From: Auanema rhodensis
Lineage: Eukaryota > Animalia > Nematoda
Direction: 5' to 3'
DNA: 64,000 bases
NCBI GenBank assembly: GCA_964057225.1
Contig: CAXKVF010000077.1
Span: forward strand, 124,001 to 188,000
A model generated the notes under the pieces. The model was not told where the DNA came from and made no database searches. It saw only the letters and a list, made by a program, of their open reading frames with translations. The position numbers and the translations under genes were made by a program. Below, piece by piece: positions 27,639 to 42,000 of this stretch (position 1 is its first letter; each line of letters begins with the position of its first letter).

Positions 27639-30600
27639 CACATCACGTGTACATTTAATTAGCATAAATTAAAGTTCACGTAAATTTCAAAGTCATGGTT
27701 ACCATGCACCAATATCAATAAAAATTTGTTTTTAGACTAATATGGACATGGGGAATCTAATTTTGAAAACCGCATCTCTTTATCGTTCACGTGAAGCGAG
27801 TTACATACCAAGTGCACATCACGTGTACATTTAATTAGCATAAATTAAAGTTCACGTAAATTTCAAAGTCATGGTTACCATGCACCAATATCAATAAAAA
27901 TTTGTTTTTAGACTAATATGGACATGGGGAATCTAATTTTGGAAACCGCATCTCTTCATCTTTCACGTGAAGCGAGTTACATACCAAGTGCACATCACGT
28001 GTACATTTAATTAGCATAAATTAAAGTTCACGTAAATTTCAAAGTCATGGTTACCATGCACCAATATCAATAAAAATTTGTTTTTAGACTAATATGGACA
28101 TGGGGAATCTAATTTTGAAAACCGCATCTCTTTATCTTTCACGTGAAGCGAGTTACATACCAAGTGCACATCACGTGTACATTTAATTAGCATAAATTAA
28201 AGTTCACGTAAATTTCAAAGTCATGGTTACCATGAACCAATATCAATAAAAATTTGTTTTTAGACTAATATGGACATGGGGAATCTAATTTTGAAAACCG
28301 CATCTCTTTATCTTTCACGTGAAGCGAGTTACATACCAAGTGCACATCACGTGTACATTTAATTAGCATAAATTAAAGTTCACGTAAATTTCAAAGTCAT
28401 GGTTACCATGAACCAATATCAATAAAAATTTGTTTTTAGACTAATATGGACATGGGGAATCTAATTTTGAAAACTGCATCTCTTCATCTTTCACGTGAAG
28501 CGAGTTACATACCAAGTGCACATCACGTGTACATTTAATTAGCATAAATTAAAGTTCACGTAAATTTCAAAGTCATGGTTACCATGCACCAATATCAATA
28601 AAAATTTGTTTTTAGACTAATATGGACATGGGGAATCTAATTTTGAAAACCGCATCTCTTTATCTTTCACGTGAAGCGAGTTACATACCAAGTGCACATC
28701 ACGTGTACATTTAATTAGCATAAATTAAAGTTCACGTAAATTTCAAAGTCATGGTTACCATGAACCAATATCAATAAAAATTTGTTTTCAGACTAATATG
28801 GACATGGGGAATCTAATTTTGAAAACCGCATCTCTTTATCTTTCACGTGAAGCGAGTTACATACCAAGTGCACATCACGTGTACATTTAATTAGCATAAA
28901 TTAAAGTTCACGTAAATTTCAAAGTCATGGTTACCATGAACCAATATCAATAAAAATTTGTTTTTAGACTAATATGAACATGGGGAATCTAATTTTGAAA
29001 ACCGCATCTCTTTATCTTTCACGTGAAGCGAGTTACATACCAAGTGCACATCACGTGTACATTTAATTAGCATAAATTAAAGTTCACGTAAAATTCAAAG
29101 TCATGGTTACCATGCACCAATATCAATAAAAATTTGTTTTTAGACTAATATGGACATGGGGAATCTAATTTTGAAAACCGCATCTCTTTATCTTTCACGT
29201 GAAGCGAGTTACATACCAAGTGCACATTACGTGTACATTTAATTAGCATAAATTAAAGTTCACGTAAATTTCAAAGTCATGGTTACCATGAACCAATATC
29301 AATAAAAATTTGTTTTTAGACTAATATGGACATGGGGAATCTAATTTTGAAAACCGCATCTCTTTATCTTTCACGTGAAGCGAGTTACATACCAAGTGCA
29401 CATCACGTGTACATTTAATTAGCATAAATTAAAGTTCACGTAAATTTCAAAGTCATGGTTACCATGCACCAATATCAATAAAAATTTGTTTTTAAACTAA
29501 TATGGACATGGGGAATCTAATTTTGAAAACCGCATCTCTTTATCTTTCACGTGAAGCGAGTTACATACCAAGTGCACATCACGTGTACATTTAATTAGCA
29601 TAAATTAAAGTTCACGTAAATTTCAAAGTCATGGTTACCATGCACCAATATCAATAAAAATTTGTTTTTAGACTAATATGGACATGGGGAATCTAATTTT
29701 GAAAACCGCATCTCTTTATCTTTCACGTGAAGCGAGTTACATACCAAGTGCACATCACGTGTACATTTAATTAGCATAAATTAAAGTTCACGTAAATTTC
29801 AAAGTCATGGTTACCATGAACCAATATCAATAAAAATTTGTTTTTAGACTAATATGGACATGGGGAATCTAATTTTGAAAACCGCATCTCTTTATCTTTC
29901 ACGTGAAGCGAGTTACATACCAAGTGCACATCACGTGTACATTTAATTAGCATAAATTAAAGTTCACGTAAATTTCAAAGTCATGGTTACCATGCACCAA
30001 TATCAATAAAAATTTGTTTTTAGACTAATATGGACATGGGAAATCTAATTTTGAAAACCGCATCTCTTTATCTTTCACGTGAAGCGAGTTACATACCAAG
30101 TGCACATCACGTGTACATTTAATTAGCATAAATTAAAGTTCACGTAAATTTCAAAGTCATGGTTACCATGCACCAATATCAATAAAATTTTGTTTTTAGA
30201 CTAATATGGACATGGGGAATCTAATTTTGAAAACCGCATCTCTTCATCTTTCACGTGAAGCGAGTTACATACCAAGTGCACATCACGTGTACATTTAATT
30301 AGCATAAATTAAAGTTCACGTAAATTTCAAAGTCATGGTTACCATGCACCAATATCAATAAAAATTTGTTTTTAGACTAATATGGACATGGGGAATCTAA
30401 TTTTGAAAACCGCATCTCTTTATCGTTCACGTGAAGCGAGTTACATACCAAGTGCACATCACGTGTACATTTAATTAGCATAAATTAAAGTTCACGTAAA
30501 TTTCAAAGTCATGGTTACCATGCACCAATATCAATAAAAATTTGTTTTTAGACTAATATGGACATGGGGAATCTAATTTTGGAAACCGCATCTCTTCATC

Positions 30601-33064
30601 TTTCACGTGAAGCGAGTTACATACCAAGTGCACATCACGTGTACATTTAATTAGCATAAATTAAAGTTCACGTAAATTTCAAAGTCATGGTTACCATGCA
30701 CCAATATCAATAAAAATTTGTTTTTAGACTAATATGGACATGGGGAATCTAATTTTGAAAACCGCATCTCTTTATCTTTCACGTGAAGCGAGTTACATAC
30801 CAAGTGCACATCACGTGTACATTTAATTAGCATAAATTAAAGTTCACGTAAATTTCAAAGTCATGGTTACCATGAACCAATATCAATAAAAATTTGTTTT
30901 TAGACTAATATGGACATGGGGAATCTAATTTTGAAAACCGCATCTCTTTATCTTTCACGTGAAGCGAGTTACATACCAAGTGCACATCACGTGTACATTT
31001 AATTAGCATAAATTAAAGTTCACGTAAATTTCAAAGTCATGGTTACCATGAACCAATATCAATAAAAATTTGTTTTTAGACTAATATGGACATGGGGAAT
31101 CTAATTTTGAAAACTGCATCTCTTCATCTTTCACGTGAAGCGAGTTACATACCAAGTGCACATCACGTGTACATTTAATTAGCATAAATTAAAGTTCACG
31201 TAAATTTCAAAGTCATGGTTACCATGCACCAATATCAATAAAAATTTGTTTTTAGACTAATATGGACATGGGGAATCTAATTTTGAAAACCGCATCTCTT
31301 TATCTTTCACGTGAAGCGAGTTACATACCAAGTGCACATCACGTGTACATTTAATTAGCATAAATTAAAGTTCACGTAAATTTCAAAGTCATGGTTACCA
31401 TGAACCAATATCAATAAAAATTTGTTTTCAGACTAATATGGACATGGGGAATCTAATTTTGAAAACCGCATCTCTTTATCTTTCACGTGAAGCGAGTTAC
31501 ATACCAAGTGCACATCACGTGTACATTTAATTAGCATAAATTAAAGTTCACGTAAATTTCAAAGTCATGGTTACCATGAACCAATATCAATAAAAATTTG
31601 TTTTTAGACTAATATGAACATGGGGAATCTAATTTTGAAAACCGCATCTCTTTATCTTTCACGTGAAGCGAGTTACATACCAAGTGCACATCACGTGTAC
31701 ATTTAATTAGCATAAATTAAAGTTCACGTAAAATTCAAAGTCATGGTTACCATGCACCAATATCAATAAAAATTTGTTTTTAGACTAATATGGACATGGG
31801 GAATCTAATTTTGAAAACCGCATCTCTTTATCTTTCACGTGAAGCGAGTTACATACCAAGTGCACATTACGTGTACATTTAATTAGCATAAATTAAAGTT
31901 CACGTAAATTTCAAAGTCATGGTTACCATGAACCAATATCAATAAAAATTTGTTTTTAGACTAATATGGACATGGGGAATCTAATTTTGAAAACCGCATC
32001 TCTTTATCTTTCACGTGAAGCGAGTTACATACCAAGTGCACATCACGTGTACATTTAATTAGCATAAATTAAAGTTCACGTAAATTTCAAAGTCATGGTT
32101 ACCATGCACCAATATCAATAAAAATTTGTTTTTAAACTAATATGGACATGGGGAATCTAATTTTGAAAACCGCATCTCTTTATCTTTCACGTGAAGCGAG
32201 TTACATACCAAGTGCACATCACGTGTACATTTAATTAGCATAAATTAAAGTTCACGTAAATTTCAAAGTCATGGTTACCATGCACCAATATCAATAAAAA
32301 TTTGTTTTTAGACTAATATGGACATGGGGAATCTAATTTTGAAAACCGCATCTCTTTATCTTTCACGTGAAGCGAGTTACATACCAAGTGCACATCACGT
32401 GTACATTTAATTAGCATAAATTAAAGTTCACGTAAATTTCAAAGTCATGGTTACCATGAACCAATATCAATAAAAATTTGTTTTTAGACTAATATGGACA
32501 TGGGGAATCTAATTTTGAAAACCGCATCTCTTTATCTTTCACGTGAAGCGAGTTACATACCAAGTGCACATCACGTGTACATTTAATTAGCATAAATTAA
32601 AGTTCACGTAAATTTCAAAGTCATGGTTACCATGCACCAATATCAATAAAAATTTGTTTTTAGACTAATATGGACATGGGAAATCTAATTTTGAAAACCG
32701 CATCTCTTTATCTTTCACGTGAAGCGAGTTACATACCAAGTGCACATCACGTGTACATTTAATTAGCATAAATTAAAGTTCACGTAAATTTCAAAGTCAT
32801 GGTTACCATGCACCAATATCAATAAAATTTTGTTTTTAGACTAATATGGACATGGGGAATCTAATTTTGAAAACCGCATCTCTTCATCTTTCACGTGAAG
32901 CGAGTTACATACCAAGTGCACATCACGTGTACATTTAATTAGCATAAATTAAAGTTCACGTAAATTTCAAAGTCATGGTTACCATGCACCAATATCAATA
33001 AAAATTTGTTTTTAGACTAATATGGACATGGGGAATCTAATTTTGAAAACCGCATCTCTTTATC
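27639..33064. repeat. Tandem 15-monomer (2640-bp) duplication, apparently identical copies
   Basis: T155G, A136G+T151C, C141T+T151C, T103C, G115A, T55A, C14T, G105A, G123A and A94T+T151C all repeat in order at +2640. Confidence 0.9.
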
Positions 33065-36000
33065 TTTCACGTGAAGCGAGTTACATACCAAGTGCACATC
33101 ACGTGTACATTTAATTAGCATAAATTAAAGTTCACGTAACTTTCAAAGTCATGGTTACCATGCACCAATATCAATAAAAATTTGTTTTTAGACTAATATG
33201 GACATGGGGAATCTAATTTTCAAAACCGCATCTCTTTATCTTTCACGTGAAGCGAGTTACATACCAAGTGCACATCACGTGTACATTTAATTAGCATAAA
33301 TTAAAGTTCACGTAAATTTCAAAGTCATGGTTACCATGCACCAATATCAATAAAAATTTGTTTTTAGACTAATATGGACATGGGAAATCTAATTTTGAAA
33401 ACCGCATCTCTTTATCTTTCACGTGAAGCGAGTTACATACCAAGTGCACATCACGTGTACATTCAATTAGCATAAATTAAAGTTCACGTAAATTTCAAAG
33501 TCATGGTTACCATGCACCAATATCAATAAAAATTTGTTTTTAGACTAATATGGACATGGGGAATCTAATTTTGAAAACCGCATCTCTTTATCTTTCACGT
33601 GAAGCGAGTTACATACCAAGTGCACATCACGTGTACATTTAATTAGCATAAATTAAAGTTCACGTAAATTTCAAAGTCATGGTTACCATGCACCAATATC
33701 AATAAAAATTTGTTTTTAGACTAATATGGACATGGGGAATCTAATTTTGAAAACCGCATCTCTTTATCTTTCACGTGAAGCGAGTTACATACCAAGTGCA
33801 CATCACGTGTACATTTAATTAGCATAAATTAAAGTTCACGTAAATTTCAAAGTCATGGTTACCATGAACCAATATCAATAAAAATTTGTTTTTAGACTAA
33901 TATGGACATGGGGAATCTAATTTTGAAAACCGCATCTCTTTATCTTTCACGTGAAGCGAGTTACATACCAAGTGCACATCACGTGTACATTTAATTAGCA
34001 TAAATTAAAGTTCACGTAAATTTCAAAGTCATGGTTACCATGCACCAATATCAATAAAAATTTGTTTTTAGACTAATATGGACATGGGGAATCTAATTTT
34101 GAAAACCGCATCTCTTTATCTTTCACGTGAAGCGAGTTACATACCAAGTGCACATCACGTGTACATTTAATTAGCATAAATTAAAGTTCACGTAAATTTC
34201 AAAGTCATGGTTACCATGAACCAATATCAATAAAAATTTGTTTTTAGACTAATATGGACATGGGGAATCTAATTTTGAAAACCGCATCTCTTTATCTTTC
34301 ACGTGAAGCGAGTTACATACCAAGTGCACATCACGTGTACATTTAATTAGCATAAATTAAAGTTCACGTAAATTTCAAAGTCATGGTTACCATGCACCAA
34401 TATCAATAAAAATTTGTTTTTAGACTAATATGGACATGGGGAATCTAATTTTGAAAACCGCATCTCTTTATCTTTCACGTGAAGCGAGTTACATACCAAG
34501 TGCACATCACGTGTACATTTAATTAGCATAAATTAAAGTTCACGTAAATTTCAAAGTCATGGTTACCATGCACCAATATCAATAAAATTTTGTTTTTAGA
34601 CTAATATGGACATGGGGAATCTAATTTTGAAAACCGCATCTCTTCATCTTTCACGTGAAGCGAGTTACATACCAAGTGCACATCACGTGTACATTTAATT
34701 AGCATAAATTAAAGTTCACGTAAATTTCAAAGTCATGGTTACCATGCACCAATATCAATAAAAATTTGTTTTTAGACTAATATGGACATGGGGAATCTAA
34801 TTTTGAAAACCGCATCTCTTTATCTTTCACGTGAAGCGAGTTACATACCAAGTGCACATCACGTGTACATTTAATTAGCATAAATTAAAGTTCACGTAAA
34901 TTTCAAAGTCATGGTTACCATGCACCAATATCAATAAAAATTTGTTTTTAGACTAATATAGACATGGGGAATCTAATTTTGAAAATCGCATCTCTTCATC
35001 TTTCACGTGAAGCGAGTTACATACCAAGTGCACATCACGTGTACATTTAATTAGCATAAATTAAAGTTCACGTAAATTTCAAAGTCATGGTTACCATGCA
35101 CCAATATCAATAAAAATTTGTTTTTAGACTAATATGGACATGGGGAATCTAATTTTGAAAACCGCATCTCTTTATCTTTCACGTGAAGCGAGTTACATAC
35201 CAAGTGCACATCACGTGTACATTTAATTAGCATAAATTAAAGTTCACGTAAATTTCAAAGTCATGGTTACCATGCACCAATATCAATAAAAATTTGTTTT
35301 TAGACTAATATAGACATGGGGAATCTAATTTTGAAAATCGCATCTCTTCATCTTTCACGTGAAGCGAGTTACATACCAAGTGCACATCACGTGTACATTT
35401 AATTAGCATAAATTAAAGTTCACGTAAATTTCAAAGTCATGGTTACCATGCACCAATATCAATAAAAATTTGTTTTTAGACTAATATGGACATGGGGAAT
35501 CTAATTTTGAAAACCGCATCTCTTTATCTTTCACGTGAAGCGAGTTACATACCAAGTGCACATCACGTGTACATTTAATTAGCATAAATTAAAGTTCACG
35601 TAAATTTCAAAGTCATGGTTACCATGCACCAATATCAATAAAAATTTGTTTTTAGACTAATATGGACATGGGGAATCTAATTTTGAAAACCGCATCTCTT
35701 TATCTTTCACGTGAAGCGAGTTACATACCAAGTGCACATCACGTGTACATTTAATTAGCATAAATTAAAGTTCACGTAAATTTCAAAGTCATGGTTACCA
35801 TGCACCAATATCAATAAAAATTTGTTTTTAGACTAATATGGACATGGGGAATCTAATTTTGAAAACCGCATCTCTTTATCTTTCACGTGAAGCGAGTTAC
35901 ATACCAAGTGCACATCACGTGTACATTTAATTAGCATAAATTAAAGTTCACGTAAATTTCAAAGTCATGGTTACCATGCACCAATATCAATAAAAATTTG

Positions 36001-39000
36001 TTTTTAGACTAATATGGACATGGGGAATCTAATTTTGAAAACCGCATCTCTTTATCTTTCACGTGAAGCGAGTTACATACCAAGTGCACATCACGTGTAC
36101 ATTTAATTAGCATAAATTAAAGTTCACGTAAATTTCAAAGTCATGGTTACCATGAACCAATATCAATAAAAATTTGTTTTCAGACTAATATGGACATGGG
36201 GAATCTAATTTTGAAAACCGCATCTCTTTATCTTTCACGTGAAGCGAGTTACATACCAAGTGCACATCACGTGTACATTTAATTAGCATAAATTAAAGTT
36301 CACGTAAATTTCAAAGTCATGGTTACCATGAACCAATATCAATAAAAATTTGTTTTTAGACTAATATGAACATGGGGAATCTAATTTTGAAAACCGCATC
36401 TCTTTATCTTTCACGTGAAGCGAGTTACATACCAAGTGCACATCACGTGTACATTTAATTAGCATAAATTAAAGTTCACGTAAAATTCAAAGTCATGGTT
36501 ACCATGCACCAATATCAATAAAAATTTGTTTTTAGACTAATATGGACATGGGGAATCTAATTTTGAAAACCGCATCTCTTTATCTTTCACGTGAAGCGAG
36601 TTACATACCAAGTGCACATCACGTGTACATTTAATTAGCATAAATTAAAGTTCACGTAAATTTCAAAGTCATGGTTACCATGCACCAATATCAATAAAAA
36701 TTTGTTTTTAGACTAATATAGACATGGGGAATCTAATTTTGAAAATCGCATCTCTTCATCTTTCACGTGAAGCGAGTTACATACCAAGTGCACATCACGT
36801 GTACATTTAATTAGCATAAATTAAAGTTCACGTAAATTTCAAAGTCATGGTTACCATGAACCAATATTAATAAAAATTTGTTTTTAGACTAATATGGACA
36901 TGGGGAATCTAATTTTGAAAACCGCATCTCTTTATCTTTCACGTGAAGCGAGTTACATACCAAGTGCACATCACGTGTACATTTAATTAGCATAAATTAA
37001 AGTTCACGTAAATTTCAAAGTCATGGTTACCATGCACCAATATCAATAAAAATTTGTTTTTAGACTAATATGGACATGGGGAATCTAATTTTGAAAACCG
37101 CATCTCTTTATCTTTCACGTGAAGCGAGTTACATACCAAGTGCACATCACGTGTACATTTAATTAGCATAAATTAAAGTTCACGTAAATTTCAAAGTCAT
37201 GGTTACCATGCACCAATATCAATAAAAATTTGTTTTTAGACTAATATGGACATGGGGAATCTAATTTTGAAAACCGCATCTCTTCATCTTTTACGTGAAG
37301 CGAGTTACATACCAAGTGCACATCACGTGTACATTTAATGAGCATAAATTAAAGTTCACGTAACTTTCAAAGTCATGGTTACCATGCACCAATATCAATA
37401 AAAATTTGTTTTTAGACTAATATGGACATGGGGAATCTAATTTTGAAAACCGCATCTCTTTATCTTTCACGTGAAGCGAGTTACATACCAAGTGCACATC
37501 ACGTGTACATTTAATTAGCATTAATTAAAGTTCACGTAAATTTCAAAGTCATGGTTACCATGAACCAATATCAATAAAAATTTGTTTTTAGACTAATATG
37601 GACATGGGGAATCTAATTTTGAAAACCGCATCTCTTTATCTTTCACGTGAAGCGAGTTACATACCAAGTGCACATCACGTGTACATTTAATTAGCATAAA
37701 TTAAAGTTCACGTAAATTTCAAAGTCATGGTTACCATGCACCAATATCAATAAAAATTTGTTTTTAGACTAATATGGACATGGGGAATCTAATTTTGAAA
37801 ACCGCATCTCTTCATCTTTCACGTGAAGCGAGTTACATACCAAGTGCACATCACGTGTACATTTAATTAGCATAAATTAAAGTTCACGTAAATTTCAAAG
37901 TCATGGTTACCATGCACCAATATCAATAAAAATTTGTTTTTAGACTAATATGGACATGGGGAATCTAATTTTGAAAACCGCATCTCTTCATCTTTCACGT
38001 GAAGCGAGTTACATACCAAGTGCACATCACGTGTACATTTAATTAGCATAAATTAAAGTTCACGTAAATTTCAAAGTCATGGTTACCATGCACCAATATC
38101 AATAAAAATTTGTTTTTAGACTAATATGGACATGGGGAATCTAATTTTGAAAACCGCATCTCTTTATCTTTCACGTGAAGCGAGTTACATACCAAGTGCA
38201 CATCACGTGTACATTTAATTAGCATAAATTAAAGTTCACGTAAATTTCAAAGTCATGGTTACCATGAACCAATATCAATAAAAATTTGTTTTTAGACTAA
38301 TATGGACATGGGGAATCTAATATTGAAAACCGCATCTCTTTATCTTTCACGTGAAGCGAGTTACATACCAAGTGCACATCACGTGTACATTTAATTAGCA
38401 TAAATTAAAGTTCACGTAAAATTCAAAGTCATGGTTACCATGCACCAATATCAATAAAAATTTGTTTTTAGACTAATATGGACATGGGGAATCTAATTTT
38501 GAAAACCGCATCTCTTTATCTTTCACGTGAAGCGAGTTACATACCAAGTGCACATCACGTGTACATTTAATTAGCATAAATTAAAGTTCACGTAAATTTC
38601 AAAGTCATGGTTACCATGAAGCAATATCAATAAAAATTTGTTTTTAGACTAATATGGACATGGGGAATCTAATTTTGAAAACCGCATCTCTTTATCTTTC
38701 ACGTGAAGCGAGTTACATACCAAGTGCACATCACGTGTACATTTAATTAGCATTAATTAAAGTTCACGTAAATTTCAAAGTCATGGTTACCATGAACCAA
38801 TATCAATAAAAATTTGTTTTTAGACTAATATGGACATGGGGAATCTAATTTTGAAAACCGCATCTCTTTATCTTTCACGTGAAGCGAGTTACATACCAAG
38901 TGCACATCACGTGTACATTTAATTAGCATAAATTAAAGTTCACGTAAATTTCAAAGTCATGGTTACCATGCACCAATATCAATAAAAATTTGTTTTTAGA

Positions 39001-42000
39001 CTAATATGGACATGGGGAATCTAATTTTGAAAACCGCATCTCTTTATCTTTCACGTGAAGCGAGTTACATACCAAGTGCACATCACGTGTACATTTAATT
39101 AGCATAAATTAAAGTTCACGTAAATTTCAAAGTCATGGTTACCATGAACCAATATCAATAAAAATTTGTTTTTAGACTAATATGGACATGGGGAATCTAA
39201 TTTTGAAAACCGCATCTCTTTATCTTTCACGTGAAGCGAGTTACATACCAAGTGCACATCACGTATACATTTAATTAGCATAAATTAAAGTTCACGTAAA
39301 TTTCAAAGTCATGGTTACCATGAACCAATATCAATAAAAATTTGTTTTTAGACTAATATGGACATGGGGAATCTAATTTTGAAAACCGCATCTCTTTATC
39401 TTTCACGTGAAGCGAGTTACATACCAAGTGCACATCACGTGTACATTTAATTAGCATAAATTAAAGTTCACGTAAATTTCAAAGTCATGGTTACCATGAA
39501 CCAATATCAATAAAAATTTGTTTTTAGACTAATATGGACATGGGGAATCTAATTTTGAAAACCGCATCTCTTTATCTTTCACGTGAAGCGAGTTACATAC
39601 CAAGTGCACATCACGTGTACATTTAATTAGCATAAATTAAAGTTCACGTAAATTTCAAAGTCATGGTTACCATGAACCAATATCAATAAAAATTTGTTTT
39701 TAGACTAATATGGACATGGGGAATCTAATTTTGAAAACCGCATCTCTTTATCTTTCACGTGAAGCGAGTTACATACCAAGTGCACATCACGTGTACATTT
39801 AATTAGCATAAATTAAAGTTCACGTAAATTTCAAAGTCATGGTTACCATGAACCAATATCAATAAAAATTTGTTTTTAGACTAATATGGACATGGGGAAT
39901 CTAATATTGAAAACCGCATCTCTTTATCTTTCACGTGAAGCGAGTTACATACCAAGTGCACATCACGTGTACATTTAATTAGCATAAATTAAAGTTCACG
40001 TAAATTTCAAAGTCATGGTTACCATGAAGCAATATCAATAAAAATTTGTTTTTAGACTAATATGGACATGGGGAATCTAATTTTGAAAACCGCATCTCTT
40101 TATCTTTCACGTGAAGCGAGTTACATACCAAGTGCACATCACGTGTACATTTAATTAGCATTAATTAAAGTTCACGTAAATTTCAAAGTCATGGTTACCA
40201 TGAACCAATATCAATAAAAATTTGTTTTTAGGCTAATATGGACATGGGGAATCTAATTTTGAAAACCGCATCTCTTTATCTTTCACGTGAAGCGAGTTAC
40301 ATACCAAGTGCACATCACGTGTACATTTAATTAGCATAAATTAAAGTTCACGTAAATTTCAAAGTCATGGTTACCATGAACCAATATCAATAAAAATTTG
40401 TTTTTAGACTAATATGGACATGGGGAATCTAATTTTGAAAACCGCATCTCTTTATCTTTCACGTGAAGCGAGTTACATACCAAGTGCACATCACGTGTAC
40501 ATTTAATTAGCATAAATTAAAGTTCATGTAAATTTCAAAGTCATGGTTACCATGAAGCAATATCAATAAAAATTTGTTTTTAGACTAATATGGACATGGG
40601 GAATCTAATTTTGAAAACCGCATCTTTTTATCTTTCACGTGAAGCGAGTTACATACCAAGTGCACATCACGTGTACATTTAATTAGCATAAATTAAAGTT
40701 CACGTAAATTTCAAAGTCATGGTTACCATGCACCAATATCAATAAAAATTTGTTTTTAGACTAATATGGACATGGGGAATCTAATTTTGAAAACCGCATC
40801 TCTTCATCTTTTACGTGAAGCGAGTTACATACCAAGTGCACATCACGTGTACATTTAATGAGCATAAATTAAAGTTCACGTAAATTTCAAAGTCATGGTT
40901 ACCATGAACTAATATCAATAAAAATTTGTTTTTAGACTAATATGGACATGGGGAATCTAATTTTGAAAACCGCATCTCTTTATCTTTCACGTGAAGCGAG
41001 TTACATACCAAGTGCACATCACGTGTACATTTAATTAGCATAAATTAAAGTTCACGTAAATTTCAAAGTCATGGTTACCATGAACCAATATCAATAAAAA
41101 TTTGTTTTAAGACTAATATGGACATGGGGAATCTAATTTTGAAAACCGCATCTCTTTATCTTTCACGTGAAGCGAGTTACATACCAAGTGCACATCACGT
41201 GTACATTTAATTAGCATAAATTAAAGTTCACGTAAATTTCAAAGTCATGGTTACCATGAACCAATATCAATAAAAATTTGTTTTTAGACTAATATGGACA
41301 TGGGGAATCTAATTTTGAAAACCGCATCTCTTTATCTTTCACGTGAAGCGAGTTACATACCAAGTGCACATCACGTGTACATTTAATTAGCATAAATTAA
41401 AGTTCACGTAAATTTCAAAGTCATGGTTACCATGAAGCAATATCAATAAAAATTTGTTTTTAGACTAATATGGACATGGGGAATCTAATTTTGAAAACCG
41501 CATCTCTTTATCTTTCACGTGAAGCGAGTTACATACCAAGTGCACATCACGTGTACATTTAATTAGCATAAATTAAAGTTCACGTAAATTTCAAAGTCAT
41601 GGTTACCATGAACCAATATCAATAAAAATTTGTTTTTAGACTAATATGGACATGGGGAATCTAATTTTGAAAACCGCATCTCTTTATCTTTCACGTGAAG
41701 CGAGTTACATACCAAGTGCACATCACGTGTACATTTAATTAGCATAAATTAAAGTTCACGTAAATTTCAAAATCATGGTTACCATGCACCAATATCAATA
41801 AAAATTTGTTTTTAGACTAATATGGAAATGGGGAATCTAATTTTGAAAACCGCATCTCTTCATCTTTTACGTGAAGCGAGTTACATACCAAGTGCACATC
41901 ACGTGTACATTTAATGAGCATAAATTAAAGTTCACGTAAATTTCAAAGTCATGGTTACCATGAACTAATATCAATAAAAATTTGTTTTTAGACTAATATG

